A stretch of DNA of 62,000 nt, counting the filler. It is 22 parts of 22 records of this genome, joined end to end, with 100 filler letters (N's around TTAATTAATTAA, not from the genome) between each part and the next. Parts side by side here need not be neighbours in the genome. Positions count along the whole stretch, not along the records: positions 58,919 to 62,000 come from SRR16133337_79743; 21 more parts are not named here. One strand, given 5' to 3'. Each line of letters opens with the position of its first letter. Position 1 is the stretch's first letter. Below the pieces are notes generated by a model. It was not told the DNA's origin and did no database searches. It saw nothing but the letters and a program-made list of their open reading frames with translations. Shown here one piece after another: positions 61,230-62,000 of this stretch. The translations under genes and the position numbers were made by a program.

Positions 61230-61893
61230 TAAAGAAGCTCAAACTTGGTTATTAATCATGGAATATGCCCTTGAGAAAATTGAATCTGTAAAAGCAATGA
61301 TTCTTTCAGGTTATAAAGCAGACATACAGGTTCAAATAACGATAAAACTTAAAGAAGTTATTGATGCTGAAAAGATTCAAGTAAAATTAGTAAGTAGTCG
61401 TAAAGGGTTCAATCAGATTGACAAGAGATGGGTTGACAAATATGTTGAAATCTGGGAAATACCCAATCAAATAAAAAACCTATTGAAAGAATATACAGGA
61501 GAATTAGCACCAAGAATTGATAACCCAAAAGACCCAAGAAGAACTTTTGCTAACGAGTTCAGTACAAAAGACCAAAGTGTTTTATTAAATTGGCTTTCAA
61601 AGAACAAATCATTAATCGTTAGCGATATTTTAAAAGGAAGAGGCAAGCTCTCCGCTGAATGGATGTTAGTAGCTCAAAAAGAAGTAAGTTCTGCGAGATG
61701 GATTTTAAAACCAATGAATTATTGTCTAAATTTTTTTGGTAACGGAGAAATTGAAATCACAAAAAGGGGGAATTTAAAAATAGGTAAAATTACGATACAA
61801 AGAAAAGGCGGAGATGGAGGTAGAAAAACGGCTCAGATGTTACAGTTTAAAATAAATCCTGCTGAATTATTTGAAATAAAAAAAGACGAATGA
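61135..61893 (+). CDS. Type II restriction endonuclease, HinP1I family (predicted GCGC)
   Basis: ELGSQTAKNGFKNEKDI, GYKADI, IQVKLVS, GFNQIDK, TIQRKGGDGG, MLQFKINP match R.HinP1I motifs. Confidence 0.88.
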   Translation: MNKYQELGSQTAKNGFKNEKDIVKKFNDWQNDKEAQTWLLIMEYALEKIESVKAMILSGYKADIQVQITIKLKEVIDAEKIQVKLVSSRKGFNQIDKRWVDKYVEIWEIPNQIKNLLKEYTGELAPRIDNPKDPRRTFANEFSTKDQSVLLNWLSKNKSLIVSDILKGRGKLSAEWMLVAQKEVSSARWILKPMNYCLNFFGNGEIEITKRGNLKIGKITIQRKGGDGGRKTAQMLQFKINPAELFEIKKDE

Positions 61894-62000
61894 ATTCCAA
61901 AGACAAGAGTCTAAGGTTAAAATTATAAAAACAAGGTCTTAAGTGAAATGATTTTAGAAGAAAATTAAAATATTTTTAACATTAAGAACCTCAAAACTAA

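Overview
This window is not one locus. It is 22 short contigs joined by 100-nt N spacers that contain TTAATTAATTAA (stops in all six frames), and it holds at least two genomes. (A) A Flavobacteriaceae-like, probably marine, bacterium (contigs 1-3409, 3510-5831, 5932-7992, 8093-10870, 46772-48841, 53247-56458, 58919-62000). It carries ackA-pta, bamD-rpoZ-coaBC, a DUF349 protein, nqrAB, an NlpC/P60 peptidase plus thiolase, a RAYT transposase fragment, an acyl-CoA ligase, xth, a nucleotidyl-cyclase-like gene and a HhaI/HinP1I-like (GCGC) type II R-M pair. (B) An unidentified intron-rich eukaryote with spliced dermatopontin-like, PARP-like, RRM, SPRY and Cys-rich genes, MITEs, a tRNA-like element and a very AT-rich Ty3/Gypsy-type pol. 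Strongest leads: (1) an integron-like gene cassette (GTTAGGCAC...gene...GTGCCTAAC plus a ~190-nt attC-like hairpin) carrying a stand-alone cyclase-fold gene next to the R-M system; (2) a ~214-codon, possibly OTU-like insertion inside the retroelement RNase H; (3) an ERIC-like TATACTCC...GGAGTATA palindromic element that supplies the last codons and TAG stop of two bacterial genes; (4) a RAYT carrying a GTAG-type REP in frame. All family calls come from motif recognition by eye, not database searches.
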